From the human T2T-CHM13v2.0 reference genome, Homo sapiens: a stretch of 64,000 bases of DNA. Under the pieces are notes generated by a model that had not been told where the DNA came from, ran no database searches, and saw only the letters and a list, made by a program, of their open reading frames with translations. How positions within the stretch are numbered: the first letter of the stretch is position 1; the number at the start of each line of letters is the position of its first letter. A program made the position numbers and the translations under genes. This document shows positions 1 to 16,010 of the stretch, in pieces. The DNA is taken from the NCBI RefSeq assembly GCF_009914755.1, contig NC_060942.1. The stretch is one strand, 5' to 3'.

Positions 1-1999
1 CATTTCTAATGAGGGCCACCCCGCCCCCGCCCCGGTGATGTAGATATTGCTGGTCCATATTTGAGTAGCAAGGCCTTTAGACGCCATCATCCCTTACATC
101 AGTATCACTGTCTTTTTAGACCAGTTCCATCCTGTATTTTGTGTTGCCTTTTTGCAACATTCACTCCCAACTTCCCAAATTCTTTCTCATGCCACCCAGA
201 TCTAGTAAAGCTAAGATTCATCAGAGTCAAAACCTTAAGTAACCTTTAAGAAGCAGAACAAAAAATAATGTAAAACAACCCCAGGACCCTCTAATTTTAC
301 TACAAGCTGTAACTAAAAGGACATCATTGCTAAAAAAAGGACACCTACCATTAAGCCCCCTTCTTTCTTTTGTTTTGTTTTGTTTTGTTCTGTTTAGATG
401 AGCTGATTTACTCTACATTATGGGAAATGGGTGAATTGAAAACTGTCATATAGACACAATAGGTACCAATACTTGACTTACAATGATATACAATTGCATA
501 ATGCATTCATTGACGATAAACACTGTGGCAATTTTCTTTTTAAAGAAATTCCACTATATAAGTGGAATTTCTATTTGTCTCCACCCAGTGTTTCTGAGGC
601 TTATCTTAATTATCCCAACATCATTAGCAGTTGAATAAAAAGTCAGTTCGATGTGCAGTGTGAGAGAAAAAAGTCTCCACAATAAAGCCTTCTAAAGCAT
701 GAACTTTAACTTCAGACTCCCTTTGTGTAAGTCAAGGAGAAATTGATTAAGTCATTTTGCTTGAGTGCACAAAATGAGAATTTTCTCTTACTCACAATCC
801 CTAACAATAATAAGGGTTGTCATCTTTAATATTTAAGCCCAAGGCTAGAGGAGAAAAGGTATTTATGTACATATATGTACAGTCTGGCAAATATTAGCCA
901 TCTGTCCCCACGTACCTGGAACCAAGCAGAAAAATAAAGTAGGTTGCTCTGGCTATCCCAGAAAATGGGTAAGGAGAATTTTTAAATAAAACATGACATA
1001 TAGTCACTGGCATGGCTGTCACCTGAGTGTCTCATTTCTTACTGCTGCTGCTGGTGCTGTTTGCCATGTCCCACTCCAGCCTGGGCTGGGGGTGAATGAG
1101 CAAGAGGAGACATTTGATGGAGGTCAGGACTGTCATTGGAACATTAAAGGCTAGAGGCCTGTGGAAGTACCCAGTTATTTATGCCATCTTCAGATGGGTT
1201 CTAATTAGCTGTGCCTCAGCACAAAATTCAACCGAAAACCAAGTAAGCCATTTACCAAGTCCAAAGTGCCAGCGTTCTTCTTGGCATGCACCATGAATCA
1301 AATGCACTGTGAAATCTGAGTGCGAGACCCGGGGCCAGGACCACAGAGCACTCAGCTATTGAGAGCATAGTTTTCTAGTTCTCTCCTTTTGGTCATGGAA
1401 TCCCAGCAGAGACACAGTGATGGAGGGCTGGACAGTATCTATATCACCAATAACATTTGTATCCCAGGGTAGGTGGGAAACCGCCACCAAAACAGAGAAA
1501 TAGACAAATAATTTCTTCAACCCTAGCACCTCTGTATAAGTTTTTCCAAGGAAATCTAATCTCATATTGAATACTGGGGACTTTTTTGATATATGGTTAA
1601 GAAACAGTCTTGCGAACACATTCCCTCATCAGGCTCTCCCGGCTCTCTGTGAGGTAGGATTGCTCCCAGACTTTCACAGGTGAGCCCTGAGATCCAGACA
1701 GGTTCAGTAAGAGAGGCAAGGCCCCAGGAATTGGGTCAGCCTCTTCATTCAAACCCAGGTCTCTCAAACTTCACAGCTCCATGCATCTGCCCAACACAGC
1801 CATGCAGAGATGGCTCTGCTCTTACAAGCGCCAGGGGTCTCAGAGCACAAGTAAAAAAAATTGTACTTTCAACAAATTGCTCTACTCAGTCACGCCTAGG
1901 GAGTCAACCTGTTCTTCCCCAGAGGTGTGGATTTTGTGTGTGAAACAATCTAGTCACCGAAAGCTGTTGGACATAATCATCTGTGACTCTCTCCAGGGT

Positions 2000-2097
2000 T
2001 CATGAGAGGACGGAAGCTGTCTGTCTTGCTCACAGATACATCCCATGGCCAGAACAATTCCTAACACTTAGTTTGCACTCAACAAATATCTGTCACT
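2000..2097 (+). mobile_element. L2 LINE 3' end fragment
   Basis: Degenerate match to the L2 terminus (ctgtctgtcttgctcac...cctaacacttagtttgcactcaacaaatatctg). Confidence 0.6.
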
Positions 2098-2297
2098 GAC
2101 GGCTCAAGAGCTACCTGCTCAAGGAATTCATTAATTCTTGGATGAATAAATGAGAGTTCAGGAAAGGACCAGAAAGTATGAGGTCATCCCAAGGGTCTGG
2201 ATTATGATGTAAGCCTCGTTCTTGGAAAGCCCATTCTGGGACAGATGGGATACCCTCATGTATATGGTAGGCCCAGGGGTACGAGATTGTTCTCTAG

Positions 2298-2679
<382 letters not shown>

Positions 2680-3012
2680 TATTTTTACCTCTTTTGAGAA
2701 GTATTCCCTGAATAACCACACATCAGATTGATCGGTCCCTCACCTTCTCAGCCTATTAACTGATTCACAAAGCAATTCTTGAGCACTTTCAAGAGACCAG
2801 GCACTGTGGTTACAGAGGGGAATTAAAACCTCTGGACTCAGAGTGCCTCATGGTGAGCAGATAAGGAAACCAGGTAATGTGATAGATTTCTGGTCAGTGT
2901 GGTAGAGGAATGCATGCGAAACCTCCCCTTTCTAATGCCAAATATATATTTGATATATTTATACATGGAGATGATAGAGTATATATTTGAAGGATTAAAA
3001 TATACAGTCACT

Positions 3013-3491
3013 AACTTAGCTTCCTGGGGATGTCAGGACAAAAGACCACAAACAGGGCAGCTTAAACAATACAGATGTATTGTCTCACAGTTCTCAAGGC
3101 TGGAAATCCAAGATCAGGGTGTCGGCAGGGTTGGTTCCTTCTGGGGGCTGTGAGGAAGGCCCGTTCCGAGCTCTTCCCTGGCATCTGGTGGTTTGCTGGA
3201 ATCTTCAGCACTCCTTGACTTGTGGAAGCACCGCCCTGGTGGTGCGCCCTGTGTCTCCTCACATTGTCTTCTCTCTGGGCATCTCTGTTTCCATAGTTCC
3301 CCTTTCGGCAAGGACACCAGTCAAATCCTAGGGTCCACACCCATGACCTCATCACCCCACTGACCTCATTTTAACTTGATTACCTCTGTAAAGACTCTCT
3401 TTCCAAATAGGTCACATTCTGAAGTACTGGGAGTTAGGACTTCAACATATCATTTTGGGGGACATTCAACATATCATTTCAGCCCATAACA
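3013..3491 (-). mobile_element. MaLR solo LTR, MLT1C-like
   Basis: Typical antisense MLT1 motifs: cacagttctcaaggctggaaatccaagatcagggtgtcggcagggttggttccttctg, aaggacaccagtca, ggtcacattctgaagtactgggagttaggacttcaacatat, ending cccataaca. Confidence 0.85.
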
Positions 3492-4149
3492 GTCACAGTA
3501 AAAATAAAACAAAACAAAAACTAGATGTAAATCTCTGTGGACCAGGAGTGGAGACCCCTGTCGTGAGCAGGGGCTGAAGCTCTGGGTGAGCAGCCTGGAA
3601 GCCAGCAGTGGTGTGAGAAGAAGTCAACCCTATGGAGGAAGGGGGCTGGGCCACCTCCTTGGACAGTGAGAGTCAATGCCAGGTGCCCTGCCTGCTGGAA
3701 ACTCCAGCCTGTGACCATTCTTTGCCTGTGAATAAAGCTAGAAAAGCTCCCCTCCCCCACTGCAAGGTTGCAGTAAGAAACAAGCAGTTTGCTGGGGTGG
3801 AAGGAGGCTCTAGACATGAACACGTGTCTGCTGGAGCCCTGATGTGCCCCAGAGAAGACTGCGCTGAGCTATTGTGGGCATGAATCCCAGGTCTGACCTG
3901 TCCTCCTAGGAGGCTGCACGGGAGCACTCAGAAACTTCCAGATACAGAAAGGTAAATGGAGAAGGGCAAGGAAATGTCCATGCAAGCAGAGTGTGCAAAC
4001 TTACCATACAACAAAACTTACCATACAACAGGTGGGAAAATCCAACAGCAGAACAAAAGAAAGAACCAACAAAGCCAATAGCAGAGGGGAAATCATGCCT
4101 CCCAAAATAGAAACCAGACAGCAACCAGGAAGGGACTTTCCCAAAGAGA

Positions 4150-6245
4150 AAGGAGGGGAAGTCATTCATAAATAGGAACAGGTGTTTACATCAGCAAATC
4201 ACAAGCCCAAAGATGTTATGTGAAACGTATATGCATCACCTCTCCCTTCTGACACTTCTGATAAAATAATAGTAAGGAAGTAAAAAGGAATAAATCCCTA
4301 AGGACAAAGAATATAGAAGAAGACATCAGTAGAGAAGAGAGTTCAATGAAATTTTTCAGGACAAAAATTAGATGGACAATTGTCATTGACTTAGCAGAAC
4401 TGAGAAAGACACAACCCAAAGTGCACTTAGAGAATGGAATCTACAGTAAGAAGGTCGTGGTGAACCCCAAGAGGTCAGAATGTGGGGGTACCAGGAATGT
4501 CAGACAGAGGGGCTGGGATACCCAGTTGAAAGCAGGGTCTTGCGTGGGGAGTCAGAGAATGTTTAACCCTCTTCTGCTGTCTCAGACAGGGTGCTAGCTG
4601 CCAGCCACTGCTTCCTGGCAGGAGGCTTGAGATCTATTTTCTGAAGGAACTGAATTGGAGGAGCTTAGCTTAAAGCCATTCACAAAATGGAGATGGGGAT
4701 GAGGCTGAAAAGAGGGAGAGAATACTCAACGTCTGCCAATGGAATGGTCTTTTAGCCTGAGGGCAGGTCACAAGTAACCCACACCTTCTCTTCTCTCCAC
4801 TTTCAGGAGATGGGAGGATTTCTCCTCCTTGGATTCCCTGGATAGCTCTAGGGAAAATATCATTTAGGGGACCCTCAAGGAACCATTAACAGATTCCACC
4901 TTGCACACAGAGCTTCCATTTAGTCTTTGATGGTCTTCAATGCCAGACAACTGAGGTTTTCCAAACACACCAAGAGAACCCTCAACACGAGGAGGCCCCA
5001 AGTAAACAACTGCAAAATGGAACTCATGCAGGGAAGAGAGAACATTTAAAAAAATAAAGACCCAAATGCTATCCTTAGAAGCAGGAAACATTGCAGTTCT
5101 AAAACAAGGATAAAATGCTATAAAATGGTAACAATCAGAGATGAAGAATGCACCCTTGAAATTTAAAACAAATACAACACCAGATTTTAAAAAATTCACT
5201 GTAGGTGTTGGTACACAAAGCTGAGTAAATTAATATAAATGATAAAAAGATAGAAAATATGAAAGAAAAGAGACATGGGAGATTTCTGAAAGTCTGATTC
5301 ATAGGGGTTTCAGAATGAAAGCACAGAGAAAATGGTCAGAAAAAATAATCACTGGGCACTTTCTAACACTGAGACTTAAATCTCTAGACTGAAAGAGCTG
5401 ACTGAGTTATCAACACAGCAGAAGGAAAAGACCCACATCAAGGCACATTGCTGTGAACAATGAAGATAAATAAATGTCCCCAAAAGCTTTCCAAGCAGAG
5501 AAAAAAGCAGAGCATGGCATCAGACTCCTCAACACAGACTCTAGAAGATAAGGGAGCAATGCCTTCTAAATCTGGAGAAAACAGGAATGTAGAATTTGGC
5601 TCTGTGCTAAGCTCACTCACATGTGAGGCAAAATAGATTTTCAGGCACACTAGACTCAGATCTCTACCTTCCTTTCCTTCTGTTATCAGAAGTGGATGAT
5701 CAAGGAGCAAACCTGGAAAGATGAAGCCCTGGGAGCAGGCAAGACTGGTGGTGAGCTGGGAGCATGGGGAGGAGGATGGAGGAGCAGTGGGCCAACCTGG
5801 AGCAGGAGGATGGGGGTTTAGGGAGAGGGGAAGTCTGGAAAAAATGGGGGGCTCCCTAGATATCCGAGGGTGTCCACCACCAGGGTGAGAAAAGAGGCAG
5901 GCAGATGGCAGAGCTGACAGGGTGCTTGAAACAAAGTAAGTCATAAATAGTCATAAAAATATGACTTAATTTAAAATAGTGATCCATCATAACAGATGAT
6001 AGATGCCATCTGAAATGGCTAGATCAAGAACTTTAGCATCGACGTGTATTACATAGTGCTGTGCAGGTAATTTCCAGAGCTGCAGCTGAAAGGGTTCAAA
6101 GTGGTTGCCTCGAGGTATGAGAACTGGAGTGTGGGGAGAGGGAAAGGAGGGGGAAAGAATCACTGTAATTTATTTCCAGCCCTTGGGCACTATTTGATTT
6201 TTAACTCCAAGCATGTATGACTTTGATGAAAAACTTTAAACTAAA
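4150..6245 (+). mobile_element. Ancient L1-family relic (HAL1/L1M-like), fragmented
   Basis: A-rich ORF1-like degenerate sequence at about 4950-5650 and an old L1/HAL1-type 3' end at about 6090-6245 (aaagtggttgcctc...ctatttgatttttaa...gcatgtatgactttgatgaaaa). No open ORF. Confidence 0.5.
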
Positions 6246-6389
6246 GGAAAACAACCCCAATGTGATACATGCTACAGAAATGGGAGTAGAAAGATAGAAG
6301 TTCTGACTCCTGTGTGGTGAATGGAAGGGAACCTTCCTAGAAGAGGGTTGGTCAGAATTGTGTGACCCCATACTTCAACCCACTTGTGG

Positions 6390-6480
6390 TTTCATTCATT
6401 CATTCACTCTTCTACCATGCACCAGATACTGTCGTAAGTGCTGGGACTGTATCAGTGCATAAGGAGACCTGGATAGTATA
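6390..6480 (-). mobile_element. L2 3' end fragment
   Basis: ttcattcattcattca followed by taccatgcaccagatactgtcgtaagtgctggg (antisense L2 terminus). Confidence 0.6.
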
Positions 6481-7004
6481 TCCGTTTCCCATGCCGTTTC
6501 CCCCACTGCTGGGAACAGCTCGTGCTTATGTGTCCTTCTCTTGAATCTCCACATAGCACTTTGAACGATGCTGTACTGACATAGCCAGGAAATGCTGATG
6601 AAATTAGTCAATGAATGAATGATGCAACCTGTAGAATCTGTGTGAATGGGCAAGTAGCCATGAGGATAAAGATAATTTTCTGGATTTGAAGTATAAGCAA
6701 TTTCCCCTCTAATCAAATGACTATAAATTTAGGGAAAATTTAGAAATCCAATATCCCAGACAGAAAGATCCTGGATCTCTTCTTAGCTCAGGAACTATAT
6801 ATTCTTGGTTGTCACTTTATTTATCAGTATGGCAAAAGTCTCATCCATAATGGGACAAATGATAACATCTCATAGCATTGTTATAGGAATCATTTGAGAC
6901 AGTGCTTTGTAAACTATAGAGCTCTATTAACATTTTAATTACTTTTTCCTTGGGATTATAAGTCAATTTTGCCTCTTTCTTTTAGAATAATGGGAGTTTA
7001 GAAT

Positions 7005-7130
7005 CATGGCCTTCATGGAGTCCATCCTCTCATTTGGTAGAAGAGGAGACTGAGGCCCAGAGAAGGGCAGTGGGTTACCCAAGATCACACAGCCAGGCTG
7101 CGGCAGTGTTGAGACTGGGATCCACACTAC
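7005..7130 (-). mobile_element. MIR fragment
   Basis: MIR core gaggagactgaggcccagagaaggg...cccaagatcacacagc. Confidence 0.65.
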
Positions 7131-7659
7131 TGAGTTTGGTGTACCTTCTTGTAAGACAGCTCAACCCAGTGTGTCTGCTTTGGGTTCAGAGATTTCAATT
7201 CAGAATTTTTTGTAAGTTCTATAATTTAAAAGTGAAATCGTGTAATTTAAAAGTGAGAAAAGAACTAGTCAAGTATGAAAGAATTCAAGGTTTTGCATAT
7301 CAGAAAGTCCTAAGACTCAAATGAGCAAATTATAACAAGTTAGCTCCTGAGTCCAACAGAGTCTTCTGTCTTATTTCCAGTAAAGTGTTGATCCCTTCTT
7401 TCTTGAGTGCAGAGCAGACACCAACAATGTGACTGCTTTATGAGCAAACAGCAGTGCAGTAAAACGGCTGTTCTGGTTTCAGGATACTGTATATAGGTGT
7501 GTGTTGATGTTACTATGCTGCATTCTGGAAGGACCTGGGAAGAAATTAAGTTCTAGAAAATGAATTACATCCAATAAAGTCTTTGGAAATCTCATTCGAG
7601 GAACTCAATTCCCAAAATCATATGTGAATTTATATATTTTAGGAGGCAATGACAGAAAA

Positions 7660-7880
7660 ACAGCTATTATTTATTGAGCTCTTTGCGATGCCAGGCATGG
7701 TGATTAAAAACCTGATCAGTATTATTTCCCCTAGTCCTTTCAACAACCATTTTTGAAATGAGAAAACTAAGGCTCAGAAATGTTAAGTGGCCTTCCCAAG
7801 TCAGAGAACAAATAAGTTGCAAGAGTGAGATTTAAACCAAGGTAATGTAGTTTTAAAGCCTGTGTGTTGAGTTCTTAGAC
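7660..7880 (-). mobile_element. MIR
   Basis: ttattgagc...tgccaggcatgg...atgagaaaactaaggctcagaaatgttaagtggccttcccaagtca. Confidence 0.7.
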
Positions 7881-8389
7881 TATCAGGCACGGAAGAAAGC
7901 TTGTTGCTGACTTAGCGACATGACTTAGAACTTGATAACGTCTCTGGAAGAAAACTAAGAGTGCCAGAATGTTACAGTCTCAAAATATACTAAGTGCTAA
8001 AAAATTATAGGAAAGACATGACTTTATTTTTAAAAGTGTGGGTTCTATTTAGCCCCTCATTTGGGATTAGATGGCATCGTATGTTTTTAAGAGAAAATCA
8101 TCTGCGGACAAGGAAAACATGTATTATTCAAAAGCTTGGGGTAAGGTTGGAGAAAGGCTGGGGAGTCAATGCTGAGAACACCTTTCTCCATGGCAGACTC
8201 AGACAGGACTGGGAATAATGAACAACACATCCAATGATTTAAATTCCCACCGGCGCTTAGCAATAGTGGCCCCAGCCTCCAATGGCCCCCTTCAGATATG
8301 CTCTCCGGAGACACACAATGGAAGTGCACTTGCCAAACCACAGTGGCTTCGAGATGAGTCTACCAGAGCCTCACCCCACCCCAGCCTCT

Positions 8390-8650
8390 ATAATATATGT
8401 CATATGATCTATGAGTTATAATATAATTTTATATATTATATAACACATGTATTATTTATAACTCATGTATAGTATATAATATTTTTACTTCACTATAATT
8501 AATATATATTTAATATAATTTTAATGTACCTATATTAAATATATTTAATGTACTATATATTATATATGAAATATATATATAATATATAATGTGTTATAAT
8601 ATTATATATAAATATATAGGAGGAGCTTAGGATTATATATAATATGGTAA
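8390..8650. repeat. AT-rich low-complexity (TA-type) tract
   Basis: About 260 bp dominated by irregular ta/taa/tat units. Confidence 0.85.
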
Positions 8651-8757
8651 TAAACCCAGATAAATTATTTTTGGGATATTTAGAAACAAAGCCAATCATC
8701 AGAGGCCCATCCTGGGTGACTTAATAACTTGAGTCTTCTATTTAAATCACTTTAACA

Positions 8758-9337
<580 letters not shown>

Positions 9338-10052
9338 TCACTTTAACAAACAAACTATAAAGTACTTACCATACATGCCAGGCACTCTGCCAGGCATCCT
9401 GGGCAATTCAAAGATGATTTGCCTCTGGGCTGCTTAGAGTGGCTTAGATGGAAAATTCCATTTCATGACCTCTCTTTCCTCCATGTCTTCTCAGACCTGT
9501 CTAAACTGGTAAGCGCTGCACCCATTCAGGTTGTGGGTAACAGCTGAGATTGCAGTGTGTGTCCCACACTGGCATCTACAGGGCTCCAAGAGTCTGAGGA
9601 TGTGGTGGGGGCCATGAGTTCCGTACAATACATATTTTTTGATGCTAATTTTTAAAGATCTTAATAGAAGTGAATGCAGCATCATTTGGTGACCACTCCA
9701 AAACTAAATCCCTGCCCAGGAGTGAGGTACCTGCATTTGTATTTACAATCTTTTTGTCACCAAGGAACATATAATTGTCCTGGTCTACTGCCAGAAGAGT
9801 GGGGTCTGAAAAGGAGAGATCTTGGCAGACGAAACTGTGACACCACCTTGTGCCAACTGAACACAAAGATTTCAACTAGTTAGAGAAGAGGCAAGGAAAT
9901 CACTGAGCCATTAGATGCCCCCCAAGAATACAGGGATGTCAAAATTAAACAAAACAACAAAACTGCTGCCACAGCAATGAGTGCTGTTTCATAGAGAGCA
10001 GCAATTTAGCTTCAACAAACAAGATCAACAGTCCTGTGAGGTAACATTTTAA

Positions 10053-10378
<326 letters not shown>

Positions 10379-10546
10379 TGTGATTTGTTTTTGACTTGTA
10401 AATTTGTTTTTATAAATCAATGCATAAGAGCTATGAGTATAAAGGATTAAATATGGAGTTTTGTATTTGTAAGCAGCATTACTATAGAAAAAAATTTAAG
10501 GCAATAAAGGGGGTCCACAACATATTTTCCCCTGAAAAGGGGTCCA

Positions 10547-10845
10547 GGCCAGGCGTGGTGGCTCACACCTGGAGTTCCAGACTTTTGGAGGCTGAGGCGG
10601 GAGGGTTGCTTGAGCCCAGGAGTTCAAGAGCAGCCTGGGTAACATAGTAAGACTCCATCTCTAAAAAAATTTTAAAAATTAGCCAGGTGTGGTGGCATGC
10701 ATCCGTAGTCCCAGCTACTCAGGAGGCTGAGGCAGGAGGATTGCTTGAGCTGAGGAGTTCAAAGCTACCATGAGCCATGATGGCACCACAGCACTCCAGC
10801 CTGGGCAACAGAGCGAGACCCTGTATCCAAAAATAAAAAATAAAT
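10547..10845 (+). mobile_element. AluJ
   Basis: J-type features (ttgcttgagcccaggagttcaag, gggtaacatagtaagac, ggaggattgcttgagc). Confidence 0.9.
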
Positions 10846-11847
10846 TTAAAACTGTTCATATGTTGCTGAAGCTTAAAAACACTCAGGTGACAGCAAAGGG
10901 AACATTTAGCCACACCGGGCATTGGAGGCTGGTTGCCTGTTCACGGAAGCACAGGTGAAAGAGAATGAAAAACTGTTCTGTCTTATATCAAGAAACCCAA
11001 GTTACCTGAAGAATGGACTTCAGACCCTTCTCCTGTAGCTTATATAATAATTGAAACAAAACTAGATTTCTCTTGCACACATGTTTTGGCTGACATTTAA
11101 TTTTTTCATCATATGTTAATATAGTCACAAAAGACATACTTTATGTTGTAAAAATTGGATTTAAAGAACTGTTGGAGTACTCTTTTACATATAAATAACG
11201 GAGTCTAAATACCATGAGCGTTGAAAACCATCAACATTGACTTAAAAAGGATGTGGACCTCTGTTGCTTAACTTTCAGAACTGTTTATAATTTCTTTCTC
11301 TTCTTGAACCCACATTTCCATTGTACTTCTCCCATGGAATTTTATCCCGTTGCAATATCTTTATGCTTCAAGGCATTAATCAATCACTCAGTCCTGATTC
11401 TTTGCCACAGAAATATGCCCATAAATTGGAATTTCAAGCTTTTTAAACTTTCAGTAGCCATAGGGTACTAGGCATTAATTTTTATCTGGACTGATTTATT
11501 GCTATAATTGTTATTAGTTTACAATTCATCAAAACAACATAAATATATTTCAAATGTTGACATATAATTATTATATATAAAAGTAAACTGCTGTTGAAAA
11601 TGTCTCTCTAGATATGGATTTATCTATAGGTGAATATTACTTATTGCTGGAGTAAGACAAGGTTCAGCTTCAATTCTATTCCTAGTTTTCATTTTTACAC
11701 ATGTAAGCTCTAAAAAAATTTTGTTCTATAAATAAATGGCAGGCACTTTGTTACAACAGTGACATCCAACTCTTTGAACTCTTTCCAAGGGATATTCCAA
11801 AAATCACCTAATAATCCCTCATCAAAAATTAAAAAAAATCCATCATC

Positions 11848-12170
<323 letters not shown>

Positions 12171-13509
12171 TTAGTATTCTATCAGGTGACAACTCAATTA
12201 GCTTCTCCTTTAATTATAATAAAAGCCAATACACTCTCCCTAAAAAAGGAAACCATCTGATTTACAAAAGATTCAAAAGATTTGTTATTCAATCATTGGA
12301 GTCATTTAATTTTCCAACTTTGGGAAAAATAACCAAAAATGATGATTAATTATATCTATTTATTCTTACATTTAGGCATTTTGTTTCACCCACTGTTACC
12401 AGAAAGTGTTAGGGAAATCTAAATACTGTTAATTTCAATATGCCTTTGCCAATAGACTATTTTTGATAAAATGCTTTTACCTTATCAAGGGCTTTACATC
12501 TATTTTATTTGAGACATTGGAGCTGCTAATTTAGTTCATTTAATTTATGGAAAATGTCTGTCATCCTATGAACAAATTGATAAAGTCAATCCTCATTGTC
12601 TAACCAATCAGTGAAATTACTGAGGCTTTCTGTTAGAAACAATCCGCCCTCATTCCTCAATTCAAGTGAATGTGTTAAGATGTGTCTCTGAGACAGTATC
12701 TCACTTCAAAGAGTGCTGTGGGATAAAGCTTACAGACTTGCCACCCACTGCATGTGAGTTTCTCTCCTTGCTTGCTTTCTCTCTGGTGGCAAGTTCTCTG
12801 TCAATACTTAGGAGATAGAAGAGGAGAAACAACAGTTTAAAACAGTCTGAGCATCTAAGTTGGATTAAAAAACTCCATCTCTGAAGCTATGTTTTCCTTT
12901 AACAGAAATATGTGTGACTGCAAGTTTATGATGTTTTGATTAAACACCAATATGTCAAATTGCCCTTGGCTTGATGCTCTAGTCTTTATGTTCTGGGGCA
13001 CCCACAAGAGGTGCACTTTTCTTTTGTAAGGAGGGAGAAGAGCAGTTGTGAATGGGAGGTTGGCAAAGGAGACCTGGTCCGTTCTCAGCAGGTCAGTATC
13101 TGTCAAAATTCTCAAGGAAGTTGCAGATCTGGAAATCTGTTTGCATTAACCCAACTCTAGAGTGCCTACGCCTGTGGAGGCCCACAGACTTTTGAGGAGA
13201 GGTACAAAGAGTTGGATTAACAAAAATATACTCCCAGATCCCCAACTTCCCTGGGAGTCTTGCCTGATACTGATGTTCCTCTTGCCTGAAAGAGTTCCTA
13301 CCACCACCCAGAAGGTTAGCAAAGCAACCCTCCTTTCTATTCTATAGGGTTTATGAATGAGGACCAGAGGCTTCCAGACCCTTCCCTTCACCCCTACCCC
13401 AGACCTGCACCCTCTCCAACCACATGCTCAATGTTGGGAAGAGTCAGGTGCATGGTGCCTTTAAATATGAAACTTAGAATGCAAGTTAGGACCAACATGA
13501 TTAAAATAT

Positions 13510-13811
13510 TCTTTTTTTCTTTTTGAGACAGGGTCTTGCTCTGTTGCCCAGGCTGGAGTGCAGTGGTGCAATCATAGCTCACTGCAGCCTCGACCTCCTG
13601 GGCTCAAGCTATCCTCCCCACCTCAGCTTCCTGAGTAGCTGGGACCACAGGCATGCGCCGCCACCCTGGCTAATTTTTTTTTTTTTTTTTTTGTAGAGAT
13701 GAGGTCTTGTCATATTGCCCCTGCTGGTCTTGAACTCCTAGGCTCAAGCAATCCTCCCACTTCAACGTCTTAAAGTGCTGGGATTACTGGTGTGAGCCAC
13801 TGCACCCAGCC
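13510..13811 (-). mobile_element. AluJ
   Basis: Antisense dimer with J features (atcatagctcactgcagcctcgacctcctgggctcaag); TSD taaaatat. Confidence 0.9.
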
Positions 13812-14036
13812 TAAAATATGGTTCTGATTCTAGTAGACAATGAGTTTTCTGGAATAGTAGTGCAAATTTTAATCCAACCTAAAAAAATTCAAAATAATTA
13901 TTAGTCAATATTCTAATTCACATTGTGGAGGAAAAACTTTTTGCTAGATTCACACGTCAGTAGTTTTATAAGCAGGCGTGAAAACACAGTAGTCAAGAAA
14001 AGGAAACCTCAATCAAGTAACAGCAGGAAGCCTTCA

Positions 14037-14440
<404 letters not shown>

Positions 14441-15750
14441 CTAGAGCATTTTTCCAAGATGGGTTTTTCTTGAAGTTTGTTTCAGAGGGAGTAGAAAGGC
14501 CAGGAATCACCGCAGATGCACTTGAGCCCCACTGGGAAGGGAGACGGCCTTATCTCGAGCACTGGCTTGGAGGATGGGGGCTGGGAATATGTAGGAGGGA
14601 AAAGAAAAGAATGAGCTTGTCAAGTTTTGGTTGTCTCAGTGCTTCTGAAATAGGTGGAAATTATAGCTCAAGTCCCTTCACCATGGGAACATCTGGAATA
14701 TAAGTACTTCTGTGCACATTAAGAGGACTATTTATAGTTTTCTACGAATGTTAGGGAAGGCAATTATGTAAAATACTACTATATTATTAGGTATCTGAAA
14801 AATACCAGGCTTGCAATAACTGTTTGCAAAGATCTAAAAGCGATTCAGACTTTCACAGATCTGTCTTCTCCAAGTCGGTAAGTACTGGTTTATTTTCCTG
14901 ATGCAGCAACACCACTCAATTTGAGCTCAAGTCTCTGCTGACACCAACAAAGTGATGTCATCAGGCGTGTTCATCCTGCTGGAGTCCTGTTGGTGCTGGT
15001 TATACCACTTGAACTGAGGAAATGTAAGCCCACTTCTGGGATTATCTGGAAAATCCTCCAGCACAGAACTGTGGCTGTTTCATGACCAAGTGGAAGAGGC
15101 TACAGATTCCCACAAAGAACTACAGGCATGAGGAGCTTGCTCTTTAGACACTGAGGTGTCTTGATTATGAAGACCTTCTGAGGGTGGCTGGCAACTTTCT
15201 GACTTTTAAATATCTGTACCTCCTCAACACTGGCAGCTTTTCAATTATATGAGGTTGTCATGTTAGGTTTCAAAGCATATTTCTGTGGTTGTTACAGCCC
15301 ATGAGCCTGGGGCAGCGATGGTCAAGACTCTGGTCGACACTTGGGAAAAGCCATTGAGATTTGGCCCTTTGATCGCTTTACTGGTTTTGGACAAGTTTTG
15401 TTTTAGTGTCTTCCAAGAATTGATGGGAGGTGGGAGGAAAGGCAGGTGAATGCTTTGATGCCTAGGCTTCAGGTGTCTCCATAGCACTTAACACCGGACG
15501 GCTGTGTGTGTGCACTCAGCACTTGGAGACGTAGGGTTTTGGGGGCTGACAGGTGCTTTCCTGTCTCTATCTCATCTGGAAACTTTTCAGGGACATGATT
15601 AATAAGCCTAGGATTATTTCATGCTAGCTTATTGTAGGGAGATCTGTATAATATTGTAGTGAGGTTTTTTTTTTAAGTAACTAACAATGTAATTATAAAT
15701 TACATTTTGCTCTAAGTTACAGTTATATGTATATATGTGTTTGTCTAGAC

Positions 15751-15790
<40 letters not shown>

Positions 15791-15801
15791 GATAGATAGA
15801 T
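15751..15801. repeat. Tetranucleotide STR (AGAT)10 GAT (AGAT)2
   Basis: Counted directly from the sequence. Confidence 0.97.
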
Positions 15802-15854
15802 GGCTCTTTTGCTTTTGCGTGGCTCTGAAGGTTTTATTTTTCAGGCACTTTGGG

Positions 15855-16010
15855 AAGTGACCTAGTATGATGGAAAGAGCATGGAATGGAGATCCAGGAA
15901 TCCTGGGTTTCAGTCTATGCTTTGAACTCATTCGCTAGGAGAATTTTCGTAAATTTCCTGGCTTCTCTAGGCCTTGACTGCATCTGTAAAATAAGTGACT
16001 TTGATGCTTG
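15855..16010 (+). mobile_element. MIR
   Basis: tagtatgatggaaagagcatggaatggagatccaggaatcctgggtttcagt...catctgtaaaataag. Confidence 0.7.

Noticed and set aside
866-881. 16-bp palindrome tgtacatatatgtaca
   Set aside because: Low-complexity alternating purine/pyrimidine sequence in which such palindromes arise readily.
12602-12657. CCAAT box plus GC box as a promoter
   Set aside because: Isolated motifs in AT-rich, CpG-poor context with no downstream exon evidence.
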